Source: Balanoglossus misakiensis (taxonomy: Eukaryota; Animalia; Hemichordata). From it: DNA of 64,000 nucleotides. A model generated the notes under the pieces. It did no database searches. It saw only the letters and a program-made list of their open reading frames with translations, and was not told the DNA's origin. The stretch lies in NCBI GenBank assembly GCA_040954595.2, contig CM082585.2:1550318-1614317 (forward strand), in the 5' to 3' direction. Positions 47,508-59,258 of this stretch are shown here, in pieces. Both the position numbers and the translations under genes were made by a program. Numbering within the stretch: the first letter of the stretch is position 1; each line of letters opens with the position of its first letter.

Positions 47508-50500
47508 AACTGCAGGATGATGTAAGCAGCCTCTTGTGCACTGATTTCTACATTGTTAAGGAATTTATTTCCAATATGTCTGACCTGTGCTTTCAGTTCC
47601 ATATTGCCTTTTCTGGCTTCTTTGCATGCTTGGTCAAGTAATGCACTCATGCCTCTTTGGGATTTACTGATATAGGATACAATGTACATGGCACAGGCGT
47701 ATGGATCTAAAACAAACTGTAGATCATGATTTGCTCCCCATGCAGACAATAATAATTTCATGTAGGCATTGACACGTAAATCACTTGGTTCTCTTTTGAG
47801 AAATATTGTGGTAGTTTTGAGTGAACTCTGAATGCATTTTATGTATTCATCATGACTGATTTGCAGCTCAGTAGATAGGAAGTCATCATATGATATTGGT
47901 TTGCCTTCTTTCATATCATCCAGTTTTTGTTTGATTTCTTCATATTTCTGTTTGTAATGTTGTTCTTCATCTGGATCAGCATTTAATGGTGAGAGAATCA
48001 TTGTTTCTGACATAGGAGGCATTGGGTATCCAAAACGACATACAGGTTTGCCTTTTACTCGGCATGTCTTAGAGTGCTTATGTGTCTGCAGATTCAATAC
48101 TTCAGCCATTTCACTTGGTACATTGGAAGAACAAGATACATATATGTCAATGAAATCAATCACTTCTGTTGGTGTGTTTTGTTGATAATTTGGTGCATTC
48201 TCAATCCACATTAGCATATGGATGTGTGGTGAGCCACGTTGTTGAAATTCCACTCTGTAGAAGTAATCAGTGATTTTGCCCAATGGATCACATGGACCTC
48301 TAAGTACTGTATTGATGAATTCATGAATTCTGTGGTCAAAGAAACGAGCACATGTCACTGGGTCAGATTGAAGTAACCTGGACTTTGTAGCCCAATCCAT
48401 GGCTTTAAGTTCATCAGCAGTATATTTCTTACCATCTACAAGTGTACCCAGTATTTGATGTAAGTCAATCCACTTTGTGTCAGCACTAGACAGAGAACAA
48501 AACCATGTTGGTAAACCAAGTTGTCTAATCATTGCAAATACATCTTTCTTCCTCTTTTCTAGATAGGGTGGTGAATTGCGCAAATCTCTGAATATGTAAA
48601 ATCCGTCATCAAGTCTAAGTAAATCACTTACTCTTTCTGGATTTAATAAATCTGCAACTTTGTAAGTTCTGCCTTCAGTTTTACATCGTCTCAATGCAAG
48701 GTGGACTTTACTACTGATCTGTTTTAACTGCAGTTTCTTCACTTTGAAAAACATATTTGGTACAGAGTTTGCAACGCGTCTATCAACATTACGCAATTCC
48801 CATTTACAAACATCACTGTAATGTACATTTGAGGTGTGGATTTGATCAATATTTCTGCGTTGTCCACAGAATATAGTTGGAAAGGCTAGATATTCTGCAT
48901 CTGTATCATTGAACAGACTAAGAGGGCGTTGACCTTCACCAGGGGCAAATGTTAAAATTTGATTACGATAATCTGAATCATCAAGTAAAGTGTCCATATT
49001 AGCAACAGCTCCCTCTGCTGGATCAACCTCACTGAATTTATCAGAATCAGAATCTGATTCAGATTCAGGATCATCAGCTTGCTCTTGTTCAGTGTTTGTA
49101 TTTTCAATAAATACAGCCATATCATTATCTGTGTTTTCAAATTCCTGAGACCAGTTGTGATTAATTGGAATACCTGAATTTTGGTACAAAACACTGTTTT
49201 TCATGAGCCACACAAGTGCTGCCATCACTTTATTTGGTCGAATATTTTCTGTAAATTCACTTCGCGTGTACGATAGTTTTCGTTTCAGTTTGACTGGTAT
49301 AGTAGCTGAATCATCTAGCATTCTTGGCAGAGCATTAACAGTAGGGGTGATATCTGTTGGAATATTGACTACCGGACCAGATAATGACCTTTGACCTCCA
49401 CGTGGCAAACTGCACATATGCATGAATGGAATTCTGAGTGCTATCAATCTTTCTTCCAAAGGGTGCAACTGTAACTGTGGTGGAATATCAGGGAAATTAA
49501 CATTATTAGCTATAGACAATCTGGGGATTTTACCAGCAGATATGGATCTGTAGCATGTGTTACACACCCACTCTATATTGTCAACAGAAGTGTATGCAGT
49601 CAAACATTTTGATGCAATGCCTCGTTCAGATAATTTGGCAGCAGGAGTAACAGATTTTCTGAACCAAGTTTGATGACATGATGAGCAGACATAGACAGGG
49701 CCTTGTGATACAGTTCTATGAAATATATTTATGCATGCCTGCAACGATTCCCCGCATAATTGTCGGGTCTCAAAACCTCTATGTTTGCTAAAACCATTGT
49801 GTGTAACATGTTGTTTTTTGTCAATTTGAAATGTTTGAATTTTTTCACTGCATTTCACAAACTTCTTTTGTAAGTTTTCTTTTTTTCTGAAGTTTCTATC
49901 CTGTCTCTTCATTTTTCTGTAGATCTGTTGCTTTTTGTTTTCGTGCTCTTTGAAGGTTTTACTTTTGCGTGAAGTCTTGATACGTGCCTGTGACTGTATT
50001 TTCTCATTTTGTCGAAATGTGGAATTTTGACGCAGACTTTTAATGTGTTCTTTCAGTTTTGGCTTTTCTTTTTCTCGGAATGCAGGATTTTGACGCAAAG
50101 TTTTAATGTGTGCTTTAAATTTCACCTTTTCTTTCTCTCGGAATGCAGGATTTTGACGCAGAGTTTGCTTGTGTGAGTTTAATTTCACCTTTTCTTTCTC
50201 TCGGAATGCAGGATTTTGACGCAGAGTTTGCTTGTGTGAGTTTAATTTCACCTTTTCTTTCTCTCGGAATGCAGGATTTTGACGCAGAGTGTTAATGCGT
50301 GATTTCAATTTGACCTTCTCTTTCTCTCGGAATACAGGATTTTGACGCAGAGTTTGCTTGTGTGAGTTTAATTTCACCTTCTCTTTCTCTCGGAATGCAG
50401 GATTTTGACGCAGAGTGTTAATGCGTGATTTTAATTTGACCTTCTCTTTCTCTCGGAATACAGGATTTTGACGCAGAGTTTGCTTGTGTGAGTTTAATTT

Positions 50501-52099
50501 CACCTTTTCTGTCTCTCGGAATACAGGATTTTGACGCAGAGTGTAAATGCGTGATTTCAATTTGACCTTCTCTTTCTCTCGGAATACAGGATTTTGACGC
50601 AGAGTTTGCTTGTGTGAGTTTAATTTCACCTTCTCTTTCTCTTGGAATGAAGGATTTTGACGCAGGATTTGTATGTGTGATTGCAATTTTTCCTTTTCTC
50701 TCTTTCTATATTGTGGGTTTGCACGTATTGTTCTTTTTTGATATTGTTGAGATAACTTTTCTCTGTCTCTGTATTCTACATTCTGGCGCAATGTCTTTAT
50801 ATGTGCTTGCACTTTTGACTTTTCTCTCTCTTTGAAGTCAGGATTTTGTCTTTGTGCACATTTCCTCTCCTTGTCTCTCTTTCTTTCATTGGTTTTAAAT
50901 GAAGGATCCTGTCTTTTCAACCGTTTGTATTCTCTGTCATATACCTTTCTTGATTTTCTTCTACATGAACCTGATGGAAGTGCATCAATGGTATTAGAAG
51001 TTTGCATACACTGTTTATTAGCTTGTAATTGTTTTTGTGACTCGAAATAGTTGTCTAACAGGTCTGAATGCCTTTGAGTCCGTTGATACAGTCTCTGAGA
51101 AGATGAACTCTCTATATGAATGGTTAATTCTTGAAGTTCATAAGGTGTCATGTTATTGAAGTTAAGGTTATGAAATAATGAATACAAATAGTTTGTTAAA
51201 TCATTTAGAGTCGGAAAACTCAATACCATACTTGAACCGTCAGAACATTGGAAACCATGTGAGTTTCGACTATGAGAATCAAATACGAAGTATTTGCCAT
51301 CTGTTGCAGAAAGGGCCATGCTGTAGCCACCAAGTATTAACATAACTGAGTTACTAGAATTGAACATGTTAATCATAGCATCTCTGAACACCATACATCC
51401 TTGTTCATCATAGTCAGACATACAGTCTAACATACCAAAGTACAGTCTTCCTTGTGTAATATTGAACTGCACAGAATTCATGTGAACAGTATTTGGCAAT
51501 TCATCACACATTAGTATTTCAGAAAATAATTTATTACTTGCTCTGAGGTCATTTGTGGTTTTAATGTATAAATTATCACCAGCATGTAAAATGTGATCTA
51601 AGTCATTAGATGTCAATGTCATCTCTCTTTCTTTTGATATGCAAAGGAAAGCAAGGGCATTACAAGTACATTGTCTACCTCGTGAATTTATGCTGAAAAT
51701 ATCATTGCCTTGATGAAAACTACCTTGGAGTACACTGTCTATTGTGTAACTTTCCCAGTGTAAAGTGTGACTATTGTGAGAGGAGTATAATTCTTGTTTG
51801 TCATGTGCATCATTTGCACTGTAGTATACACAAGAGGAATTTTGATTTGACACACTGGTCGAAGAATTCTTATTGAAGGTTGTAACTGATTGAGTGGCAT
51901 TAAAACTTTTGATAATGGTACTTGAAGATGTAGACATATTATTGCTGTATGGTTCTATGCTTGACGATATTGATGTATTGTTATTGGCATTGCCGTACGA
52001 ATCTGACTTCTTGAATGTTCCTTGTAGCACAGGGTGTTTTACTTTACTGGATCCACCCAAACCAGAATCAGACCCAGCTGATATGATTGGTCCATCAGC
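47477..52099 (-). CDS. Helentron Rep region: cysteine-protease-like domain, 21-aa repeats, Zn-binding region, HUH Rep
   Basis: QGSFHQG..RGRQCTCNA..FDSHSR; CSSC/CNTC; RVEFQQRGSPHIHML (HUH); YIVSYISK. ORF opens at an acceptor (ttttaaacag|GCT, 52099); frameshifted relative to the helicase near 47508. Confidence 0.93.
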   Translation of the reverse strand, partial: ADGPIISAGSDSGLGGSSKVKHPVLQGTFKKSDSYGNANNNTSISSSIEPYSNNMSTSSSTIIKSFNATQSVTTFNKNSSTSVSNQNSSCVYYSANDAHDKQELYSSHNSHTLHWESYTIDSVLQGSFHQGNDIFSINSRGRQCTCNALAFLCISKEREMTLTSNDLDHILHAGDNLYIKTTNDLRASNKLFSEILMCDELPNTVHMNSVQFNITQGRLYFGMLDCMSDYDEQGCMVFRDAMINMFNSSNSVMLILGGYSMALSATDGKYFVFDSHSRNSHGFQCSDGSSMVLSFPTLNDLTNYLYSLFHNLNFNNMTPYELQELTIHIESSSSQRLYQRTQRHSDLLDNYFESQKQLQANKQCMQTSNTIDALPSGSCRRKSRKVYDREYKRLKRQDPSFKTNERKRDKERKCAQRQNPDFKEREKSKVQAHIKTLRQNVEYRDREKLSQQYQKRTIRANPQYRKREKEKLQSHIQILRQNPSFQEKEKVKLNSHKQTLRQNPVFREKEKVKLKSRIYTLRQNPVFRETEKVKLNSHKQTLRQNPVFREKEKVKLKSRINTLRQNPAFREKEKVKLNSHKQTLRQNPVFREKEKVKLKSRINTLRQNPAFREKEKVKLNSHKQTLRQNPAFREKEKVKLNSHKQTLRQNPAFREKEKVKFKAHIKTLRQNPAFREKEKPKLKEHIKSLRQNSTFRQNEKIQSQARIKTSRKSKTFKEHENKKQQIYRKMKRQDRNFRKKENLQKKFVKCSEKIQTFQIDKKQHVTHNGFSKHRGFETRQLCGESLQACINIFHRTVSQGPVYVCSSCHQTWFRKSVTPAAKLSERGIASKCLTAYTSVDNIEWVCNTCYRSISAGKIPRLSIANNVNFPDIPPQLQLHPLEERLIALRIPFMHMCSLPRGGQRSLSGPVVNIPTDITPTVNALPRMLDDSATIPVKLKRKLSYTRSEFTENIRPNKVMAALVWLMKNSVLYQNSGIPINHNWSQEFENTDNDMAVFIENTNTEQEQADDPESESDSDSDKFSEVDPAEGAVANMDTLLDDSDYRNQILTFAPGEGQRPLSLFNDTDAEYLAFPTIFCGQRRNIDQIHTSNVHYSDVCKWELRNVDRRVANSVPNMFFKVKKLQLKQISSKVHLALRRCKTEGRTYKVADLLNPERVSDLLRLDDGFYIFRDLRNSPPYLEKRKKDVFAMIRQLGLPTWFCSLSSADTKWIDLHQILGTLVDGKKYTADELKAMDWATKSRLLQSDPVTCARFFDHRIHEFINTVLRGPCDPLGKITDYFYRVEFQQRGSPHIHMLMWIENAPNYQQNTPTEVIDFIDIYVSCSSNVPSEMAEVLNLQTHKHSKTCRVKGKPVCRFGYPMPPMSETMILSPLNADPDEEQHYKQKYEEIKQKLDDMKEGKPISYDDFLSTELQISHDEYIKCIQSSLKTTTIFLKREPSDLRVNAYMKLLLSAWGANHDLQFVLDPYACAMYIVSYISKSQRGMSALLDQACKEARKGNMELKAQVRHIGNKFLNNVEISAQEAAYIILQLLKLQDKWYL
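50020..50690 (-). repeat. 63-bp coding minisatellite (21-aa basic repeat REKEKVKLNSHKQTLRQNPAF)
   Basis: ggattttgacgca recurs every 63 bp (e.g. 50148, 50211), about 10 units with more degenerate ones on each side. Confidence 0.9.
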
Positions 52100-53175
52100 C
52101 TGTTTAAAAATAAACAAGATAAGCGACAATTAGAAAATACAGTTACCTTTAATTTCCATCACATGTCCTTATTTGACCCCTGATGAGTACTATGACAATG
52201 AGAGCCAATGACAGGTCAATTTTGCGTCATATTCAAATTGGTTTTGTGTATATCATGTACATATAAGTACTATCACTAGTATTTACATTGCAAATGTGTT
52301 CAATTAAGCTTTTGTATAAATTTGTTGTAATTTCAATACATTTTGCAAAATTTAGCTACTTGCATAATATTTGTATATCACATGTGGACAAAGACATTGC
52401 ACAAATTAGTAACATGGCTATTGTCACGCCACCTCATCAAAAACTACTAGCGGCACAGGGTTGGCCTGCCATAACATTGTCTTACACTCATGTTTCACAA
52501 TCATTCGAAAGCTCATTGCAACATTGAAATTATATCACCTACAAACCTCACCTTTCTACAAAGTTCCATATCAAATAAAACTTTCCCACATAAATCTTTT
52601 CCAGTTGAACCTTTTGAAACCACACACTTCACCTGACAAATTTAGTCTGGAAAGTTGAACGTACCCTCTATCTACTCTGAAACTACCAAGTTTAAAACAA
52701 ACTTCAAAACTGGAAAAGGTTTGTGCCTATGACTTTTCCCATATAATTACATTGAGAATACCTAGAAAACTCACTTCTACTATTTCTATGAAATATTACA
52801 CATAGCTCAATCAAATAGAAATAAATGCATCCATCAAATATCGTTTGGTCACTGTATTTTTTTTAGATAAACTTTACAAGTGTTTCGCCCATAGATACAC
52901 CCTCACTGAATATGCTGACTCAGCAATTTTCCTCAATTATCAACAAAATTCATGGCCTTGTATTTCAAAAGCAAACGCAGTGACATGAGAAGCCAATAAT
53001 CCAAAATTGAAGACATAACGTTACTTTCGATTTTACTGATCATTACGGACTAGCTGCTAAAAGCCTACCCTGCGACCAAACAGTGACGTTGACCAACTTT
53101 CCCCTGCTCAAATGAAGAACTCCTTTTCCTGTTTACAAGTATGTACAATTTTATAGTATGCAAATACACACATAC

Positions 53176-53220
53176 CGATTTTTTCACAGCTGATTTTCTC
53201 CAATTCTTTTTCCTTGGCAT
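53176..53220 (-). CDS. Putative first coding exon of RepHel (MPRKKNWRKSAVKKS)
   Basis: ATG at 53220, donor g|gtatgt, phase 0 compatible with the acceptor at 52099; basic NLS-like; further exons possible. Confidence 0.35.
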
Positions 53221-54562
53221 AATTCTGACCTTAGTAGCAAAAGACAAGAATGTGATAATATCAATAACAGCATTTTAACATCATTGGTTAGACAACTTGA
53301 AACTGCTTAGATAATATGCAAGTAAAAGCCTGGCAAAAATGTAACATGTACAATTGCTTAATTTTAACATACTCACACAACATATATTTCCATCATTTTT
53401 ATAGGAGTAATTGAAACTACAACATCAATATGACCATCACATGTTCTAGGACTTCCAAAATAGAGAAACACTATGAAAAACTTCAGCTGAAAAATAGAAT
53501 ATGTAATATAATTACCTGCAATTTGATAAAAAGTGATTCTTCAAGAGCTGGTTAAGTCTCTAACTGTTCCAAAACAATGACAGGAAGTGGCTGCTCATTA
53601 GGCTGTTCCTGGCACTGCCACTACTCCCTCACATTGCTGGCAACAGTAGCTTGATACTTTGGGGTTCAAAGTCAGCAGATAACAGCCAAGAATTTGGAAT
53701 CCGCAATTACAGCATAGGGTATACTGGCACCGCCTTACGTTGAGAGGTTTGTCAACAATAATATAGTGCAATAGTGCAAACAATATGTTTAGATAGCAAC
53801 AGATCTAAAGTTATTACAATAATGCCAACACATGTTTTGAGCTACTCCTGTGTGTTCTTTCAACTACAGAAAATCAAGCAGTCTTTCCAATGCTGCTACA
53901 CCTACATAAGTATGGTGTGTGCTACACTGCCCCAAGGTTATTTCGATACACAAATATAACTGTGACATAATCAGCTCATGTACACTCTAGGAGAGATTGC
54001 ACTTAGGACTGGGTGTATCAGGGAATAGATTACACAAAAACGATGAAACAGAAAGGCAAACAGCTAAAATGGACAAACCAAAGTGTCCTCATGTAAAGAG
54101 TACCTTTCAAAGCACTGGATTTGTTCATAGAGGCAAAACCAGAAATATGCAAATATCCACAGCACAGTACAATGTCTTACTTCAGTCACCATAAGAAATA
54201 TGCCTACAACATGCACAGCAATCTGCCAAGTGGATTCATAGAAACCAATTTTTGGCAAAAAATTGCAAAAAATGCACCAAGAACACAATTATGGGAATGT
54301 CACCATACTTTCACGACACCTTAACTTGAAATGAATTTTGACCAAATATCCCCAAAATTACAAATATGCAAATTATGCAACAAATTGCCCCAAAATGACC
54401 TCAATTGCCTTTCAGTATACCAAGCTTCATTCTAAATTTTAAAGCCATTGACCCATAACTTTCAGAAAAATTTGTTTTCACCTAAAATATTGACAAAGAC
54501 GAAAAAATTCATAAAAAATAAAACATCCATGATATCAACTGAACACTTACATGTCGGTCACA

Positions 54563-55520
54563 GGCTTTTCAATTTCAGTCCCAACCCTCCAAACGCGAAG
54601 TCTGTACCTGCTCTGGATGCCAAGATATGATAAAGTAGGTCAAAGGTCACCTGAGGTCATGCAAAATTTGGGCAAGAAATTTTGACCTAATACTGGTCCA
54701 TGTTCAATAAAAACCAAACCTATAGCCTTATTGGTTAGCCTGGAATTAGGTATGCACATAATTAATGAGATATGCAGGTGTCACAGGTGACCCCCAATTG
54801 CGGCTTTTCAATTTTAGTGCCAACCCTCCAAACGCCAAGTCTGTACCTGCTCTGGATGTCAAGATATGGTAATGTAGGTCAAAGGTCACCTGAGGTCATG
54901 CAAAATTTGGGCAAGAAATTTTGACCCTATACTGGTCCATGTTCAACAAAAACCGAACCTATAGCCTTATTGGTTAGCCTGGAATTAGGTATGCACATAA
55001 TTAATGAGATATGCAGGTGTCACAGGTGACCCCCAATTGCGGCTTTTCAATTTTAGTCCCAACCCTCCAAACGCCAAGTCTGTGCCTGCTCTGGATGTCA
55101 AGATTTGGTAATGTAGGTCAAAGGTCACCTGAGGTCATGCAAAATTTGGGCAAGAAATTTTGACCCTATACTGGTCCATGTTCAACAAAAACCGAACCTA
55201 TAGCCTTATTGGTTAGCCTGGAATTAGGTATGCACATAATTAATGAGATATGCAGGTGTCACAGGTGACCCCCAATTTCGGCTTTTCAATTTCAGTCCCA
55301 ACCCTCCAAACGCCAACTCTGTACCTGCTCTGGATGCCGAGATATAGGAAAGTAGGTCAAAGGTCACCTGAGGTCACCCAAAATTTGGGCAAGAAATTTT
55401 GACCCTATACTGGTCCATGTCCCACCAGAACAAAACCTCTAGCCCTATTAGTTAGCCCGGAATTAGGTATGCACATAATTAATGTGTTAAGCAGGTGTTA
55501 CAGGTGAGCCCAAAAATTTC
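54563..55520. repeat. ~239-bp subterminal tandem repeat (~4 units) of the Helentron
   Basis: Same unit as the HINE central repeats, several percent diverged. Confidence 0.9.
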
Positions 55521-56050
55521 CCTTTTATTTTGGCCCCATTGTGCTCACTGACCAATAGACAATCACTGTACAGGACTATTGCACAGACCAGAATCCCACA
55601 ATAAGACGTGGACATAGCTTAACCATAGAGGTATAAGTAAAGGTATAAATTTAATAAAAAGACTAAAAAATCTTTAAAAATAAAACATCCATGATATCAA
55701 CTTAACACTAAAAGGTCGGTGTGAGGTTGACATATGGTACATGCATACCAATTTTCAAAGCAATCTGACCAGTAATTGTTGACTTACAGAGTTTTGATCA
55801 ATTCCACATTTTACCAGCTAATTTGCATATTTTTGGGCCTGGCAACTTCGTTTGGACAAACTCCAATCTACAGCCCAGCCTGCACCTACACACCAAATAT
55901 TGAGGTGATACGCGCAGCGGTTTTAAAGTTTTTGATGTGGACGGACATACAGACATACATCCATACATCCATACATCCATCCATACATACATACAGACGC
56001 AACCCATCCCATAAGGTCCCATGGTATATAGGCCTATACCAATGGGACCT

Positions 56051-57016
56051 AAAAAATGACAAATTTTTGACTGCAAAATCTCAAAATTTCGTCCATTTTT
56101 GAAAAAAAATCATGGGTAAAAATCATCAAAAAATGACAAATTTTCGACTGCAAAATCTCAACATTTCGTTGATTTTTGAAAAAAATCATGGGTGAAAATC
56201 ATCAAAAAATGACAAATTTTCGACTTTGCAAAATCTCAAAATTTCGTCGATTTTTGAAAAAAAATCATAGGTGAAAATCATCAAAAAATGACAAAATTTT
56301 CGAGTTTGCAAAATCACAAAATTTCGTCGATTTTGAAAAAAATCATAGGTTCGTCGATTTTTTTTAAAAAAACATGGGTGAAAATCATCAAAAAATGACA
56401 AATTTTCGACTTTGCAAAATCTCAAAATTTCATCAATTTTTGAAAAAATCATGGGTGAAAATCATCAAAAAATGACAAAACTTTCGACTTTGCAAAATCT
56501 CAAAATTTCGTCGATTTTTGAAAAAAAATCATGGTTGAAAATCATCAAAAAATGACAAAATTTTCGAGTTTGCAAAATCACACAATTTCGTCGATTTTGA
56601 AAAAAATCATAGGTTCGTCAGTTTTTTTTTAAAAAAAACATGGGTGAATATCATCAAAAAATGACAAATTTTTGACTTTACAAAATCTCAAAATTTCGTC
56701 GATTTTTGAAAAAAATCATTGGGGAAAATCATCAAAAAATAACAAATTTTCGACTTTGCAAAATCTCAAAATTTCGTCGATTTTTGAAAAAAATCATGGG
56801 TGAAAATCATCAAAAAATGACAAACTTTCGACTTTGCAAAATCTCAAAATTTCGTCGATTTTGAAAAAAATCATGGGTGAAAATCATCAAAAAATGACAA
56901 ACTTTCGACTTTGCAAAATCTCAAAATTTCGTCGATTTTGAAAAAAATCATGGGTTCGTCGATTTTTTAAAAACAACATTGGTGAAAATCATCAAAAAAT
57001 GACAAATTTTCGACTG
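56051..57016. repeat. 78-bp satellite, terminal block (more degenerate)
   Basis: Same monomer with more private substitutions; ends abruptly at ~57016. Confidence 0.95.
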
Positions 57017-58231
57017 TTAAGACTATGGATTTAACTCTGCCCTGCGTAGCTGAACAAGAAACTATAATTGATACACAGAATAGAAATACTGAAAAATGCA
57101 AAAAGTTACAGCTAATGGGGCTTAAGTCATGAAACTGTGTTTATTTTCATGTATATTGGCTTGAGACAGCTCACTATTTATGATGTGTGTTGTGACATTT
57201 TTTTATTCTTTTCAGTTTCTACATTTTGACACTGAACTTTATCATGATACTGTTGTCATTGTCGAGGTGTCTGTGTTTGACCCATCCAAAGTTCTTGCCA
57301 CATACAGTGGACCAGACCAGCCTGATGAAGTTATTAGCAGTGGTAATGCAATGTTGGTGAAATTTCTCTCAGATAGTTCGCATACTGCTACTGGCTTTGA
57401 AGCATCTTGGCAAGCAGGTAATACCAAGTTTTATACATAATGTAAAACTGGAAATTTTCGCAAACGATAAATTTTCCCGAACTACACATAAACTTTGCAT
57501 GTGTGGACACAAGGCAACTAAAAGCATTAATGCTCTGTGTTTACCTTAGGCAAATAGTGTCTCTGAAACGTTTCGAATTTTACCCTACGTGAACCTGGTA
57601 TAACATTATAGATTGCACATGTAGGCAATATTTGCCCTACCTCGACTGTGATCTTGCTGATGTCCTGTTTGTGAAGTGTTTCTGTTAAGATGACTTCTTC
57701 TTTCTTTCAGTGTATTCTTTGTGTGGTGGGAATTTCATAGCACAGTCATATAAACAGAATCTCAGCAGTACAGAATATTTTGAAGGCAAGAATTATCTCA
57801 ACAATGAAGATTGTAACTGACAGCTGGCATCATTCACAACAGAATTTGTTGTCACTTTACAGGTAGTGGATTCAGATGCAATTAATCGTGTGAGTTGTTT
57901 TACAGCATGACAAAAATTAGTAATTATATTTTTAAAAATACATTTTATTTTTGTCATTTCTGGTCAATTCTCAGTAGTCACTTTTCCGATTTCTTAAAAT
58001 TTGGTTTACAAGGACCTACAATATTTGTTATTATGGTGTACATAAACATGTGACAAATATCAATACTGGGGAGGAGGGGGGTGGGTAGTTTTAGACATTT
58101 TTGGTCCAAAAGTCCACTTATGTCAGAAACGGCTCTTCCAGTTGTTTTGGATTTTGGTTTATTGGGATGTGAAAATATTCTTTATCAGATGTATTCTTAT
58201 ATTACCTCATCAATGCTAAAGGTGTCCTTAT

Positions 58232-58508
58232 AGGGACGAAGTCTCTCTCTCTCGCTGCCCTTTTCCCATTAATTATGTTTGATACAAGACACCGTTTATG
58301 TTATTCTACATGAGGATATATAGTGAATCAACATTCGACCACACACACCTTCCATCCCATTTTTAGGATATGAGAGTAAAAATCTCGCCCAAAATGAAGC
58401 GGGATGGAATGTTGATTCACTATATATCCACATCTAGAATAACATAAACGATAATCAAACGATAATTAATGGAAAAGGGGCAGCGAGAGAGAGAGAGACT
58501 TTGCCCCT
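58232..58508. mobile_element. Palindromic MITE, copy 1
   Basis: agggacgaagtctctctctctcgctgccc ... gggcagcgagagagagagactttgcccct long imperfect inverted repeats. Confidence 0.7.
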
Positions 58509-58909
58509 TAATGGTTTTGTGTAGGAAATTGTGATCACTATGATTGTACGGTATGTCACATTTAAATGTACATATCAAATGGGAGCAAAGTGTCTTTGAT
58601 GCTATTTTTTATATCTTTTCCGTTTATCTCCTTTGCAACAGAAGATGGGGCTGATCAAGTGTCTGTATACGATGGCGCTGAACTGAATCCTGCCCTCAGA
58701 CTTGCTTTATTTTCTGGGATGGAGTTACCTAATGTCATCATATCTTCCAAAAGTATGATGAGAGTTGACATTAAGAGTGATGATGCAGTTACAATGAGAG
58801 GTTTTCATGTACATTACTGGGCAGGTAGGTAACGCATTCAAATTGATCAAGACGTTGTTTGAATGAAGAGGCAATCAAGGATTCATGATGCAAGAGAACA
58901 ATGTTTTAA

Positions 58910-59258
58910 AGGGACAAACACTCTCTCTCGCTACCCTTTTTCCAGGAATTATGATGATACAATACAGCGTTTATGTTATTCTACATGTGGATATATATTA
59001 AAACAACGTTTGACCACAAACAACTTCCATCCCACTTGTAGACACAAGAGTGAAAAAACTCGCCAAAATGAATAATTGGTCTCTACCGTTTATTCATTTT
59101 GGCAATATTTTTACTCTCATATCCTACAAACGGGATGGAAGTTGTGCGTGGTTGAATGTTGATTCACTATATATCCACATGTAGAATAACATAAACAGTG
59201 TCTTGTATCAAACATAGTTAATGGAAAAAGGGCAGTGAGTGAGAGAAACTTTGTCCCT
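58910..59258. mobile_element. Palindromic MITE of the same family, TTAA-flanked (Kolobok-like ends)
   Basis: ttaa|agggacaaa ... tttgtccct|ttaa. Confidence 0.75.

Larger units (their letters stand above)
39552..56050 (-). mobile_element. Full-length Helentron (endonuclease-encoding rolling-circle transposon), ~16.5 kb
   Basis: Termini match the HINEs (tagcgtcaaggacactgtggtcccattt ... ggtcccatggtatataggcctataccaatgggacct); encodes Rep, PIF1 helicase, EEP endonuclease; flanks reconstitute one satellite monomer. Confidence 0.93.

Noticed and set aside
57818-57820. Selenocysteine or readthrough TGA
   Set aside because: Position corresponds to Trp, not Cys; single TGG>TGA change and a second nearby lesion explain it
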